From assembly GCA_043754515.1 (NCBI GenBank), contig JAYUUO010000173.1, positions 1 to 11,113 of the forward strand: a DNA stretch of 11,113 bases. The letters run 5' to 3'. Positions 1 through 7,401 of the stretch are shown in pieces (position 1 is the first letter of the stretch; each line of letters begins with the position of its first letter). The translations under genes were made by a program, and so were the position numbers. This DNA comes from Armatimonadota bacterium (GTDB lineage Bacteria > Armatimonadota > Armatimonadia > Armatimonadales > Armatimonadaceae). Below the pieces are notes generated by a model, which worked only from the letters and a program-made list of their open reading frames with translations, was not told where the DNA came from and made no database searches.

Positions 1-27
1 TGCTCCCCGCCACCAACGGGCGAGGTT

Positions 28-70
28 CCCCCTCTCTCAAGGATTGAGGGAGGGGGGTTAGGGGGGTGGG
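28..70. repeat. REP-like palindrome with G-rich tail (hairpin / potential G-quadruplex)
   Basis: CCCCCTCTCTCAA (28-40), loop GGA, TTGAGGGAGGGGG (44-56) form a 13-bp stem with one G-T pair, followed by TTAGGGGGGTGGG. It is flanked by the direct repeat CCCCGCCACCA at 5-15 and 90-100. Confidence 0.6.
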
Positions 71-230
71 AGTCCGAACGAGCGAGGCACCCCGCCACCA
101 GTCCCGATCGGTCAGGGGGCGGGCGTGCAAGACCCGACGAGCCTCGCCCACCGACACTCTCCGAACCATTATTCCCTTACTATACAGCATATTTCGGCCA
201 CAAATCCGACGGTTTTCGGCCCGCGAGCAG

Positions 231-239
231 TGCTATACT
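231..239 (+). promoter_or_regulatory. Putative extended -10 promoter element (TGnTATACT) upstream of the PhyH-family gene
   Basis: TGCTATACT in an AT-richer intergenic patch. The identical 9-mer occurs at 6441-6449 upstream of another plus-strand gene. Confidence 0.45.
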
Positions 240-403
240 TCTTCATAGGCATTACAGACTCGCCTCAAAACGGCACCCGACCAACTCGCCGAGACCACGA
301 ACACGGGAACGTCGGGCTAAAACCCGTCCGCCGGATGGCCACCGCCGACCGCTCCCGAACTCTGACATCAAAGACCCGACCCGATAAAAAGGAACTACCA
401 ACG

Positions 404-1228
404 ATGGAACCGCGACAACCGTCCGCGCTCGACGACTTCCTGTTTGACTTGCAGGGCTTCCTGATCCTGCGCAACGCGCTGGAGCCGACACTGCTCGATT
501 CGCTCAACACGGCGTTCGATAACCTGCCAGATGTCGCGCCGATGGCGTGGATCGGCAACGCCCAGCGGCGCGACTACACCCCCGAAACCGGTTACGAACT
601 ACACAACGCGGTCGAGGCGGGTGCGCCTTTCGAGTCCCTGATTGATCACCCCTCCTGGATCGCCTATGTGCGGCACTACTGCGGCGAGGAGAAGTCGTAC
701 GTCCAGGGCCTGTTCATTGACGAGACGATCGCATCCATCCGCAACTCGGGGGGCCACCACCCGGCGCACTCGGGCGGCTACCAGGGCGCGATGCGCGGTA
801 TGTACGGCTACAAAAACGGCGTGTTCCGGTGCGGGCAGGTGAACATTATCTGTGCCCTGACCGATATTCACGAGGGCGACGGGCCGACGATGGTGGTACC
901 CGGCTCGCACAAGTCGAACTTCCCGCATCCGGGCATCGGCAACTACCAGAATGGCGACCGGATGGACGCGCTCGAAGGCGCGATCCCCGCATATATGAAT
1001 AGAGGGGACGCCCTGCTGTTCGTGGACGGGCTGATCCACGGCGGATCGTCCCGAACTAAAGACGTCGGCGAGCGGCGCATCACGATCTACCGGTACGGGC
1101 CGGTCTGGGGGGCGTCCCGCTTCGGCTACGGCTACTCGGACGAACTGCTGGAGCGGCTGACACCCGAGCGGCGCAAGATCCTGCAACCGATCGCGCCGTC
1201 GCGGCCGCCGGGGATGGCGGTCGGGTAG
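404..1228 (+). CDS. Phytanoyl-CoA dioxygenase (PhyH) family Fe(II)/2-oxoglutarate enzyme, 274 aa
   Basis: ATG 404 is preceded by AAAAAGGAA (386-394). PhyH-like motifs: FDLQGFLILRNAL, LIDHP, ALTDIHEGDGPTMVVPGSHK, GDALLFVDGLIHGG, ERRITIYRY. The ORF-track extension to 125 looks non-coding. Confidence 0.9.
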   Translation: MEPRQPSALDDFLFDLQGFLILRNALEPTLLDSLNTAFDNLPDVAPMAWIGNAQRRDYTPETGYELHNAVEAGAPFESLIDHPSWIAYVRHYCGEEKSYVQGLFIDETIASIRNSGGHHPAHSGGYQGAMRGMYGYKNGVFRCGQVNIICALTDIHEGDGPTMVVPGSHKSNFPHPGIGNYQNGDRMDALEGAIPAYMNRGDALLFVDGLIHGGSSRTKDVGERRITIYRYGPVWGASRFGYGYSDELLERLTPERRKILQPIAPSRPPGMAVG

Positions 1229-1289
1229 GCAGGGCGTCTTTCCGTGGGCGGGGGGGCATTCGCGGGAGATGTGGTCACCCGCGCCCGCC

Positions 1290-1987
1290 TTACGGCTTGA
1301 AGGAGGGCCTCGTTCCGTCGCACTCGACACGAAATCGAAGGGGCGGTGCCACCTCGCGTGGCCGTCCGCGAAGCCGTAGTTCGCGCTCCCGTCGTGACGA
1401 GATGACGCCGGCTTCCGAGACAGTATCTCCTGTTTCATATCGGCGTCGAATATCGCGTCCGAATAGACCGAGTCCGGCTTACTGGCGGCGATGATTCCGG
1501 CCCTGGCTTCGAAAATCAGAACCAGCACGCTCTGGGCGTGCGCGGCGGCTTCGTTCTTCCCCGTGTACGAACTCGTCGCGTCCGTGCGACTACGCTCGTT
1601 CAGACGTTTGTTGATCGCATACCCGCCGGTATATCTTTCCATCTCTCGCGCCTGTGATACCTGCCTTGAGGGACAGATGAGCAGGTGATTCCCCGCGTAC
1701 GGGAATAACAGATCGTACCATAACGTGCTCCGCGTGGGTCCCGTCGAATCATTAGTAAAGGTAGCCGAGATGGCGGCGGGGTAGTTGCCGTCATAATCCT
1801 GCGTATAGGCTATGACGGCGAGGGACTATTGCCTGACGTTGCCGCGACAGGCGGATGCCTGTCCCCGCCGCCGCGTTGTGGCGATGACGGGGAGCAGTAT
1901 CGCGATCAGTAGTCCGATGATACCGAGTACGCAAAGGATCTCGACCTGCGTGTAGCCGTGAGAACAGCGACGGGCTAAGGGGTGCAA
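1290..1987 (-). pseudogene. Prepilin-type N-terminal cleavage/methylation, DUF1559-like, H-X9-DG C-terminal motif protein; disrupted
   Basis: The minus frame reads HGYTQVEILCVLGIIGLLIAILLPV...ACRGNVRQ*SLAVIAYTQDYDGNYP...WYDLLFPY...ICPS...GYAIN...RHDGSANYGFADGHARW, with an in-frame TAG at 1828-1826. The likely true end (ECDGTRPSFKP-TAA, stop 1292-1290) is in another frame, implying a frameshift near 1330. The TTG start at 1987 is inferred. Confidence 0.85.
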
Positions 1988-2090
1988 TTCCGTGGTACCG
2001 ATGTAGAGGGAACAAGCCCGCGTTCCGGCAGTGCTTCCGGGTAGCTAGTTATCTTCCCTTGATCCGACGACAACATGTAATCCATTTGCG

Positions 2091-2123
2091 GTATTGACCC
2101 TCCGCCGTATTGACCCGCGTCAA
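2091..2123. promoter_or_regulatory. Candidate operator: direct repeat GTATTGACCC x2 and palindrome TTGAC-N4-GTCAA in a divergent intergenic region
   Basis: GTATTGACCC at 2091-2100 and 2107-2116; TTGACCCGCGTCAA at 2110-2123. Confidence 0.35.
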
Positions 2124-2204
2124 GGTCAGGCAGTTGCGCAATCCGGCGCGTTGATCCGGAAGCCGGCGCAGGATTCCCTCGCCCCGCCACGAAACGGTAT
2201 CGCC

Positions 2205-3536
2205 ATGGACACCGACGATCTTTCCCTGACTTGGCTCGAACGGAGCCGCGCCTATGTAGCCGCCGTTAACGAGTTCGCGGCGCGGGACATCGCGACGCGC
2301 GGGGAGAGCAGGCTGGAGCCGCTGACCGAAACGCGAGCCGACATCGCGCCCGCCGTGCTCGACGCCGTTCGGGCCGCTAACCGCGCCGGAACGCTGGACG
2401 GTCTGCGCGAACGGTTCCCGCCCACCATCGAGCCGTACCTCGAGTACGCGGCGAAAGTGCTTGCGATCGAGCCGCTTCTGTTACCTGACGGCGGCGGCAT
2501 AATCGCCCGCGTCGGCAAAGGGTATCAGGAGAATCGGTTCGGCTTTGTCCTGATCTCTGGGGAGGGCTACGAACGGCTGGAGGGCGTACATGCCGTCGAT
2601 CGTTGCCCGAACCGCCGCTACTTCGCCATCGCGGACGACACCAGCGTCACGATAATGGATGGCTGGCGCGGCGTGGTCACGAAGCGGCTGGCGTTCCCGA
2701 TCGGGCTGGAAGGCATCCCGGATGGCTATGTGGTGCCACCTTCCCCTTTCGAGACATCGTTCCTCACGACGCTTACGCCGCTCCCGGACGGCGAACGCGC
2801 CCTGCTCGCATCTAGTGACGGCGTTTGGGTATTGACCGGCAACGGTGCCGTCCGACTCCTCCCGACCAGAGACTCGCTGTCCGAGTATTTCGCGGATTTG
2901 AGAAAGGATACTCCCAATTGCGACCTGGTGGCTTCACTTGATATGGAGCATGGCGCGGTTTCCTCAGACGGGCGGTGGATCGCGGCGGGGAGCCAGGTCT
3001 CGAAGCACCTGCTGTTTCGCGCCGACACCTACGAATCGGTCGCCCGTATCGGGCCGCACGGCGAGTACCCGCACTTTGCGCTGTTCAGCGCGGACGATGC
3101 CCACGTCGCGTTCAACGCCTGTCATTTCTACGACGGGGCGACGATAGCCGTGGCGACCGCCGACGCGCCCGGCATGGACACCGACTACTACCAGACCGAC
3201 CTCCGCATCAAGGTTATTGATGCGGAGGCGCGGGTATACGCAGGCGCGGCACGGGGCGACGAGTTTCTGCTCGGCGACGCGTACGGCTAGGTGCGCGGTT
3301 GCGGGGTCTCGGGCGGGTTCCGATGGCGGCACTTCCTCGGCGGGACGATAGCCGGGATGGACATTTCGGCGGATGGTAAGCGTCTGGTCGTAGGCACGTA
3401 CTCTGGTATCCTCGCCGACATCGCGCTCGATGCCGGGGAGTCGCCCGACCCGTATGTCGTCGGGTACGGCGCGAACCACCGGGAAACGCGCCGCTACCTG
3501 TTCTGGGGCGATGTCGGCGAGATGCTGGTTTGGTGA
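2205..3536 (+). pseudogene. Hypothetical beta-propeller (WD40-like) protein interrupted by an in-frame TAG
   Basis: ATG 2205. Blade-like motifs (AVSSDGRWIAAGSQ, ALFSADDAHVAF) occur before TAG 3288-3290 and again after it in the same frame (MDISADGKRLVVGTYSG), ending at TGA 3534-3536. The ORF-track 2094..3290 and 3291..3536 are one gene. Confidence 0.75.
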
Positions 3537-3583
3537 TAAGTGGGTATCACGATTCGGGGATTGTTACAGAACGCGCTATGCCG

Positions 3584-3627
3584 GAAAGTGCCCTGAAAGT
3601 GGAAACGTGCTCGTCCCTGCAACCGTA
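3584..3627 (+). promoter_or_regulatory. Possible ECF-sigma-type promoter (GGAAAC-N17-CGTA) with upstream GAAAGTG direct repeats
   Basis: GGAAAC 3601-3606 and CGTA 3624-3627; GAAAGTG at 3584-3590 and 3595-3601 (11-bp period). It lies upstream of the M48 protease pair. Confidence 0.3.
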
Positions 3628-3703
3628 TAAGGTATTACAGTGTCCAAATAGGGGTCAGCGAACCCGCACCACCCTTTATCTTAGAAGAGACCGTTTTTAA
3701 CTG

Positions 3704-4873
3704 ATGCCTGAAAATACCCCCCAACCCGAAACCACCGGCGGCGCGGCGGCGGATGCGCCGACCGATGCGGTAGCCGCGCCGCTGACGGGGCGCGTCCGCT
3801 TCCCGCAAATCGCGCCCGACACCTACCGCCATCCGCTCGATCAGCAGGCCACCGCCGCGCTCCGCGCCGTGCCTGGCTTCGAGCTGGTCGCGTCCAAACT
3901 CTCGCAGTATAGCGTCGAGAAGATCATCTACCATGAGGAGTGCGCCTCGGCCGTGCGGGTCACGGCGAAGCAGTTGCCGCGTATCCACGCCCTGCTCCGC
4001 GAGGCGTGCGCCGTGCTCGACCTGCCGGAGCCGTCCCTGTTCGTGTCGCAGACCCCTATCGCGAACGCCTTCGCGCTCGGCCGTGACAACCCGACCATGG
4101 TGCTACAAACCGGGCTGGTCGAGTTGTTGACCGAGGACGAACTGCTCGCCGTTATCGCGCACGAGATGGGCCACATCCACTGCGGGCATACCGTGTATCG
4201 CCTGATGGCACTCATGCTCCAGATGATCGCGAGGCTCGGCGATATGCGCATCGGGATGGGCGACCTGTTCTCGTTCCCGATCCAGGCCGCGCTCCTGGAG
4301 TGGACGCGCAAGGCTGAGTTTTCCGCCGACCGCGCCGCCATCCTGGTCGTTCAGGACCCCGAAGTCGTCTTCTCCGCGCTGTTTAAGTTGACCGGTGGCT
4401 CGCCGAAGATCTTCGAGCAGATGGACCGCGAGGAGTATCTGAAGCAGGCGGAAGACTATGAGCGGCCCGACTGGTCACGGCTCGACAAGTTCTACAAAGT
4501 GATGCTCGAGTCCGACAAGTCACACCCGATCCCGGTGTTGCGCGCGAAGGAAGTGCTACGCTGGGGCGGGACGGACGAGTACAAAAACATCCTCGCTGGG
4601 AACTACGTTTTCCGCGACAAGGTGGGCGACCGGCGACGCGGCCCGCTCTCCACGGTCTCGATGAAGACGATGGCGAACGAGCAACTGATCTGCCCGTCGT
4701 GCGGCAAGGAGACGGACGCAGCGTTCACGTTCTGTATCAACTGCGGCACGGTTCTAAAGCCGGATGTCGCGGAGAAACCGGACGTCACCGGGGATATGGA
4801 AGTGGCCGTTCAGACCGACGTCAACGGGCAGCCGGAGCCGGACGCTACGGAGCGAGGAGGCGACCAGGTTTGA
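3704..4873 (+). CDS. M48 family (HtpX/Ste24-like) zinc metallopeptidase with C-terminal zinc ribbon, 389 aa
   Basis: HEMGH (4160-4174), NAFALG, AEFSADRAA (ExxAD), SHPIPVLRA; C-terminal CPSC...CINC (4691-4744). Confidence 0.92.
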   Translation: MPENTPQPETTGGAAADAPTDAVAAPLTGRVRFPQIAPDTYRHPLDQQATAALRAVPGFELVASKLSQYSVEKIIYHEECASAVRVTAKQLPRIHALLREACAVLDLPEPSLFVSQTPIANAFALGRDNPTMVLQTGLVELLTEDELLAVIAHEMGHIHCGHTVYRLMALMLQMIARLGDMRIGMGDLFSFPIQAALLEWTRKAEFSADRAAILVVQDPEVVFSALFKLTGGSPKIFEQMDREEYLKQAEDYERPDWSRLDKFYKVMLESDKSHPIPVLRAKEVLRWGGTDEYKNILAGNYVFRDKVGDRRRGPLSTVSMKTMANEQLICPSCGKETDAAFTFCINCGTVLKPDVAEKPDVTGDMEVAVQTDVNGQPEPDATERGGDQV

Positions 4874-5865
4874 ACAGCGGCGAAATCATCTGCCCCGCGT
4901 GCGGGCGGGCAAACCCGGCTACGGCGCGTACCTGCCGCAACTGCGCGACGACCCTCGCCGTCCCGGCACCGGGCGATACGCCCGGTGCCGAGGACGAACG
5001 CCGCCGCGCCGAGCAGGAGGTGATCTCCTCCTCCGAACTCGGCACGGTTCAGGGTGGCGCGTGGCAGGGCGTTTCCACGGTACGGAAGCCCGGCGACCTG
5101 CCGCTCCCTCCGCAAGTGCAAGCCGAGGCGTTGCGCCGCGAGCGCGAAGACGCGCAGGCGCGGGCGGCCCAGGCGCGGGTGACACAGGAGCGGGAGGAGC
5201 AGGAGAAACGCCGCGCCACCGCCGAAGCCCGGCAACGCGCCGAGGGAGAAGCCCGGCAACGGTCGGAGGCCGAAGCGCGTCTGCGCGTGGAGGCCGAGGC
5301 GCGGCAACGTTTGGCGGGACGGATATGTCGCAACTGCGGCACCCCGGCACCGCCGTCCGTGGAGGGTGGCGTCGGCGCGTTCTCGTTCTGCCTTCAGTGC
5401 GGGGCGAGTTTTTCGGACGTTAGGCCACCGGTCACGGTTCAGCCCCTATCAGCGGTTCCGCCCGTGGTCACGGTCACGTCCCCGGTCGGCGTGCTCCGGC
5501 AACAGGCGCGGCGCGAAGTTCGGCAGCCGCCAGTTTACGCGGTCGCGCAGGCGGGGGGACAACGCGTCGCGGAGCATCCCGACATTCTGCCGGTCACGGA
5601 GGCGACGCCGTTCGTGGCGGCGATCCTGTCATTCCTGCTCCCCGGCTCGGGGCAACTCCGGAACGCGCAGTGGAGCAAGGGGCTCGCACTACTTCTGCTG
5701 ACGTTCGGGCTACTCGCGCTGATACCGATCGGAATTTGGAGCATCACGGCGTTGATACTGCGTCTGCTGATCGCGCTAGACGCATTTCGGATCGCGGAGC
5801 GTCGTCGAAAGGGGCAGACTATCGCCCCGTGGCAGTGGGACGCGAGCATCATCGCCGAGCGGTAG
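4870..5865 (+). CDS. Membrane protein with two zinc ribbons, a charged helical linker and a C-terminal TM2-like domain, 331 aa
   Basis: TTG 4870 overlaps the upstream TGA (TTGA), with SD GAGGAGG at 4854-4860. CPAC/CRNC (4891-4944) and CRNC/CLQC (5326-5400); E/R/A/Q-rich helix; PFVAAILSFLLPGSGQ..N.QW.KG followed by hydrophobic segments. Confidence 0.85.
   Translation: MNSGEIICPACGRANPATARTCRNCATTLAVPAPGDTPGAEDERRRAEQEVISSSELGTVQGGAWQGVSTVRKPGDLPLPPQVQAEALRREREDAQARAAQARVTQEREEQEKRRATAEARQRAEGEARQRSEAEARLRVEAEARQRLAGRICRNCGTPAPPSVEGGVGAFSFCLQCGASFSDVRPPVTVQPLSAVPPVVTVTSPVGVLRQQARREVRQPPVYAVAQAGGQRVAEHPDILPVTEATPFVAAILSFLLPGSGQLRNAQWSKGLALLLLTFGLLALIPIGIWSITALILRLLIALDAFRIAERRRKGQTIAPWQWDASIIAER
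5221..5316 (+). repeat. Coding tandem repeat, 4 x 24 nt (AEARQRAE / GEARQRSE / AEARLRVE / AEARQRLA)
   Basis: Units start at 5221, 5245, 5269 and 5293; the first two share GAAGCCCGGCAACG. Confidence 0.75.
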
Positions 5866-5950
5866 CGGTAGCTAGTCGCGTGGTTCACGCGGCGTCCCTG
5901 ATCACCGCGTTGCTCGCGGAACGGGGCAGTCGAGACGCGCGAGCCGTATC

Positions 5951-6402
5951 TAGGGCCAGCGGATCTAAACTTCTGCTGAAATGAGCGCATGTCTGCCGCC
6001 CTCGCCCACCCTCTGCACCTGCTTCCGTGGGAATATTTCGGCACTCCGAGCGACCCCCTGGGTGAGACGCGCCCGCCCGCATTGCCCCCCGATGTTCTCC
6101 CGCTCGGTCGCGCGGCATTCCGCTCGCGCGGCGGCGATTATCCGCCCGCCGTGAAGGACGGCCGGGAAGGGTCGCGCGGCGCGATCAGGTCGCTGTCCGC
6201 CGCGGGCGCGGGGCAAGAAGGGCGGGTGCCGATGACGGCCTTGCGGCGGGCGGAGCAGGGGCACGGGCGCGTCGAGATTCGGTGGGGTACCTGGCGCGGG
6301 TCGCCGATTGGCCGCCCGACGACCCACCGCGGGTGTAGAGGGACTGACGTGGTGATCGGATCACTTGCGGGAAGTTCTCACCAGTCAGATGCGCTGGCCC
6401 TA
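5951..6402 (+). mobile_element. Internally deleted, non-autonomous ISAs1-family insertion sequence remnant (452 bp)
   Basis: Terminal inverted repeats TAGGGCCAGCGGATCT (5951-5966) and AGATGCGCTGGCCCTA (6387-6402) match at 15/16. Ordered degenerate ISAs1 transposase motifs: EYFG..SDP...DVL (N-terminus), GGDYPPAVKD (6130-6159), EQGHGRVEIR (6253-6282), YL....DWP (to 6314, shifted frame), W*SDHLREVLTS (6350-6385). Confidence 0.85.
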
Positions 6403-6440
6403 TTATCCCAGTGCTCCCGCTCGCGGGGCGTCTCGCTTCA

Positions 6441-6449
6441 TGCTATACT
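6441..6449 (+). promoter_or_regulatory. Putative extended -10 element TGCTATACT
   Basis: Matches TGnTATAAT with one mismatch; lies upstream of in-frame GTG 6460 / ATG 6511 of the prepilin-like gene. Confidence 0.45.
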
Positions 6450-6510
6450 CCCGCGTAACGTGAATAACCCCCCGACCACATTCGTCACTACCCGCCCGTG
6501 CGGACTCATA

Positions 6511-7198
6511 ATGTTCGGCGTGCCCGCTGTACATCGCGGACTTATCACGCCGCGCGGACGCCGCGTCCCGAGCGCGTTCACCCTGATCGAACTGCTAGTC
6601 GTCATCGCCGTGATCGCGCTACTAGGGGCCATCCTGTTCCCCGTGTCCGCGCGGGCGCAGGCGCGGCAGACCGTCTGCCTCGCGCACTTGAAGCAGATCG
6701 GACCCGCCTTCTCCGCCTACACCCAGGACTTCGACGGCGGCTTCCCGAACATGAACGATCCGTACCTCTTCAACTGCAGGCGGTGGCGGTGGTGCCTCGT
6801 GCCCTACTTCGGCGTCGGGCAACGGCAGGGCGGCCAGTTCGTCAATTTAGGCGGGCCGACTTCGATCCTGCTCTGCCCATCCGACACGCTCTCCGGCACC
6901 GGCTACGACGCGACCTCGTACAACTACTCGGCGGCGTTCTACCACCCGACGGGCGTGACCGAGGGACTCACGATCCGCAACCTGCGCGCCGTGCTAGCGG
7001 ACCCCGGCCCCGGCACGCAATGTGTCACCCGCGCCGAAAGCGACGGGCGCGGACCGCTGGGCGGGGGCACGAAACCACGTCTTCGCCGACGGGCACGCGA
7101 AGTACCTGTTCGCCCGTCAGCAAACCCCGACCACGAGCGACGACACGCTGGACATGAACCGGACGCCGGGCGGGATGGCGAGTTCTGACCTACGGTGA
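6511..7198 (+). pseudogene. Prepilin-type N-terminal cleavage/methylation, DUF1559-like protein; frameshifted and probably internally deleted
   Basis: AFTLIELLVVIAVIALLGAILFPV (from 6574), ARQTVCLAHLKQIG..YTQDFD, LLCPSD, SYNY. The family C-terminal motif GADRWAGARNHVFADGHAKY is in the +1 frame from about 7046 and ends at TGA 7196-7198. The start is uncertain (GTG 6460 or ATG 6511). Confidence 0.85.
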
Positions 7199-7280
7199 GC
7201 GGGGCGGGATGACCCATTGCTCACTCCGCCCCGCGCTCCGAACACCAAATCCACGCGCTACTCGCTAAACCCCCTCCGTC

Positions 7281-7289
7281 TGGTACAAT
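7281..7289 (+). promoter_or_regulatory. Putative extended -10 element TGGTACAAT upstream of atpC
   Basis: TGnTACAAT about 110 nt before the atpC start, followed by a GGGCGGC/GCCGCCC hairpin (7306-7328) and an AT-rich leader. Confidence 0.45.
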
Positions 7290-7401
7290 ACATACGGAAC
7301 GAGGCGGGCGGCTTCCGCCGCGCCGCCCGACCCTTCTGACCCTGAACTCTCTGACCAAACTTTTACTCTTTAAATATAGCCGACTAGGACGATATACAAA
7401 C

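Noticed and set aside
129..380. AAGACCCGAC repeat (129-138, 371-380) and other short repeats as a CRISPR-like array
   Set aside because: Too short, only two copies, no regular spacing and no cas genes.
125..403. 93-aa N-terminal extension of the PhyH ORF
   Set aside because: No family motifs; it contains a candidate promoter, and a good SD precedes ATG 404.
599..1289. C-terminal part of the 347-aa minus-strand ORF
   Set aside because: Mostly antisense shadow of the PhyH gene, reached only through the probable frameshift near 1330.
4699..4869. Longer start for the zinc-ribbon/TM2-like gene
   Set aside because: It overlaps the protease C-terminus; the SD and TTGA coupling support 4870.
6325..6372. 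PAP2-like H...DVVIGSLAG motif
   Set aside because: It lies inside the IS remnant, and another frame fits the ISAs1 transposase C-terminus better.
5989..7188. 399-aa transposase-pilin fusion protein
   Set aside because: Chance open frame through a decayed IS, its right IR and a candidate promoter; both parts are degenerate and the end is out of frame.
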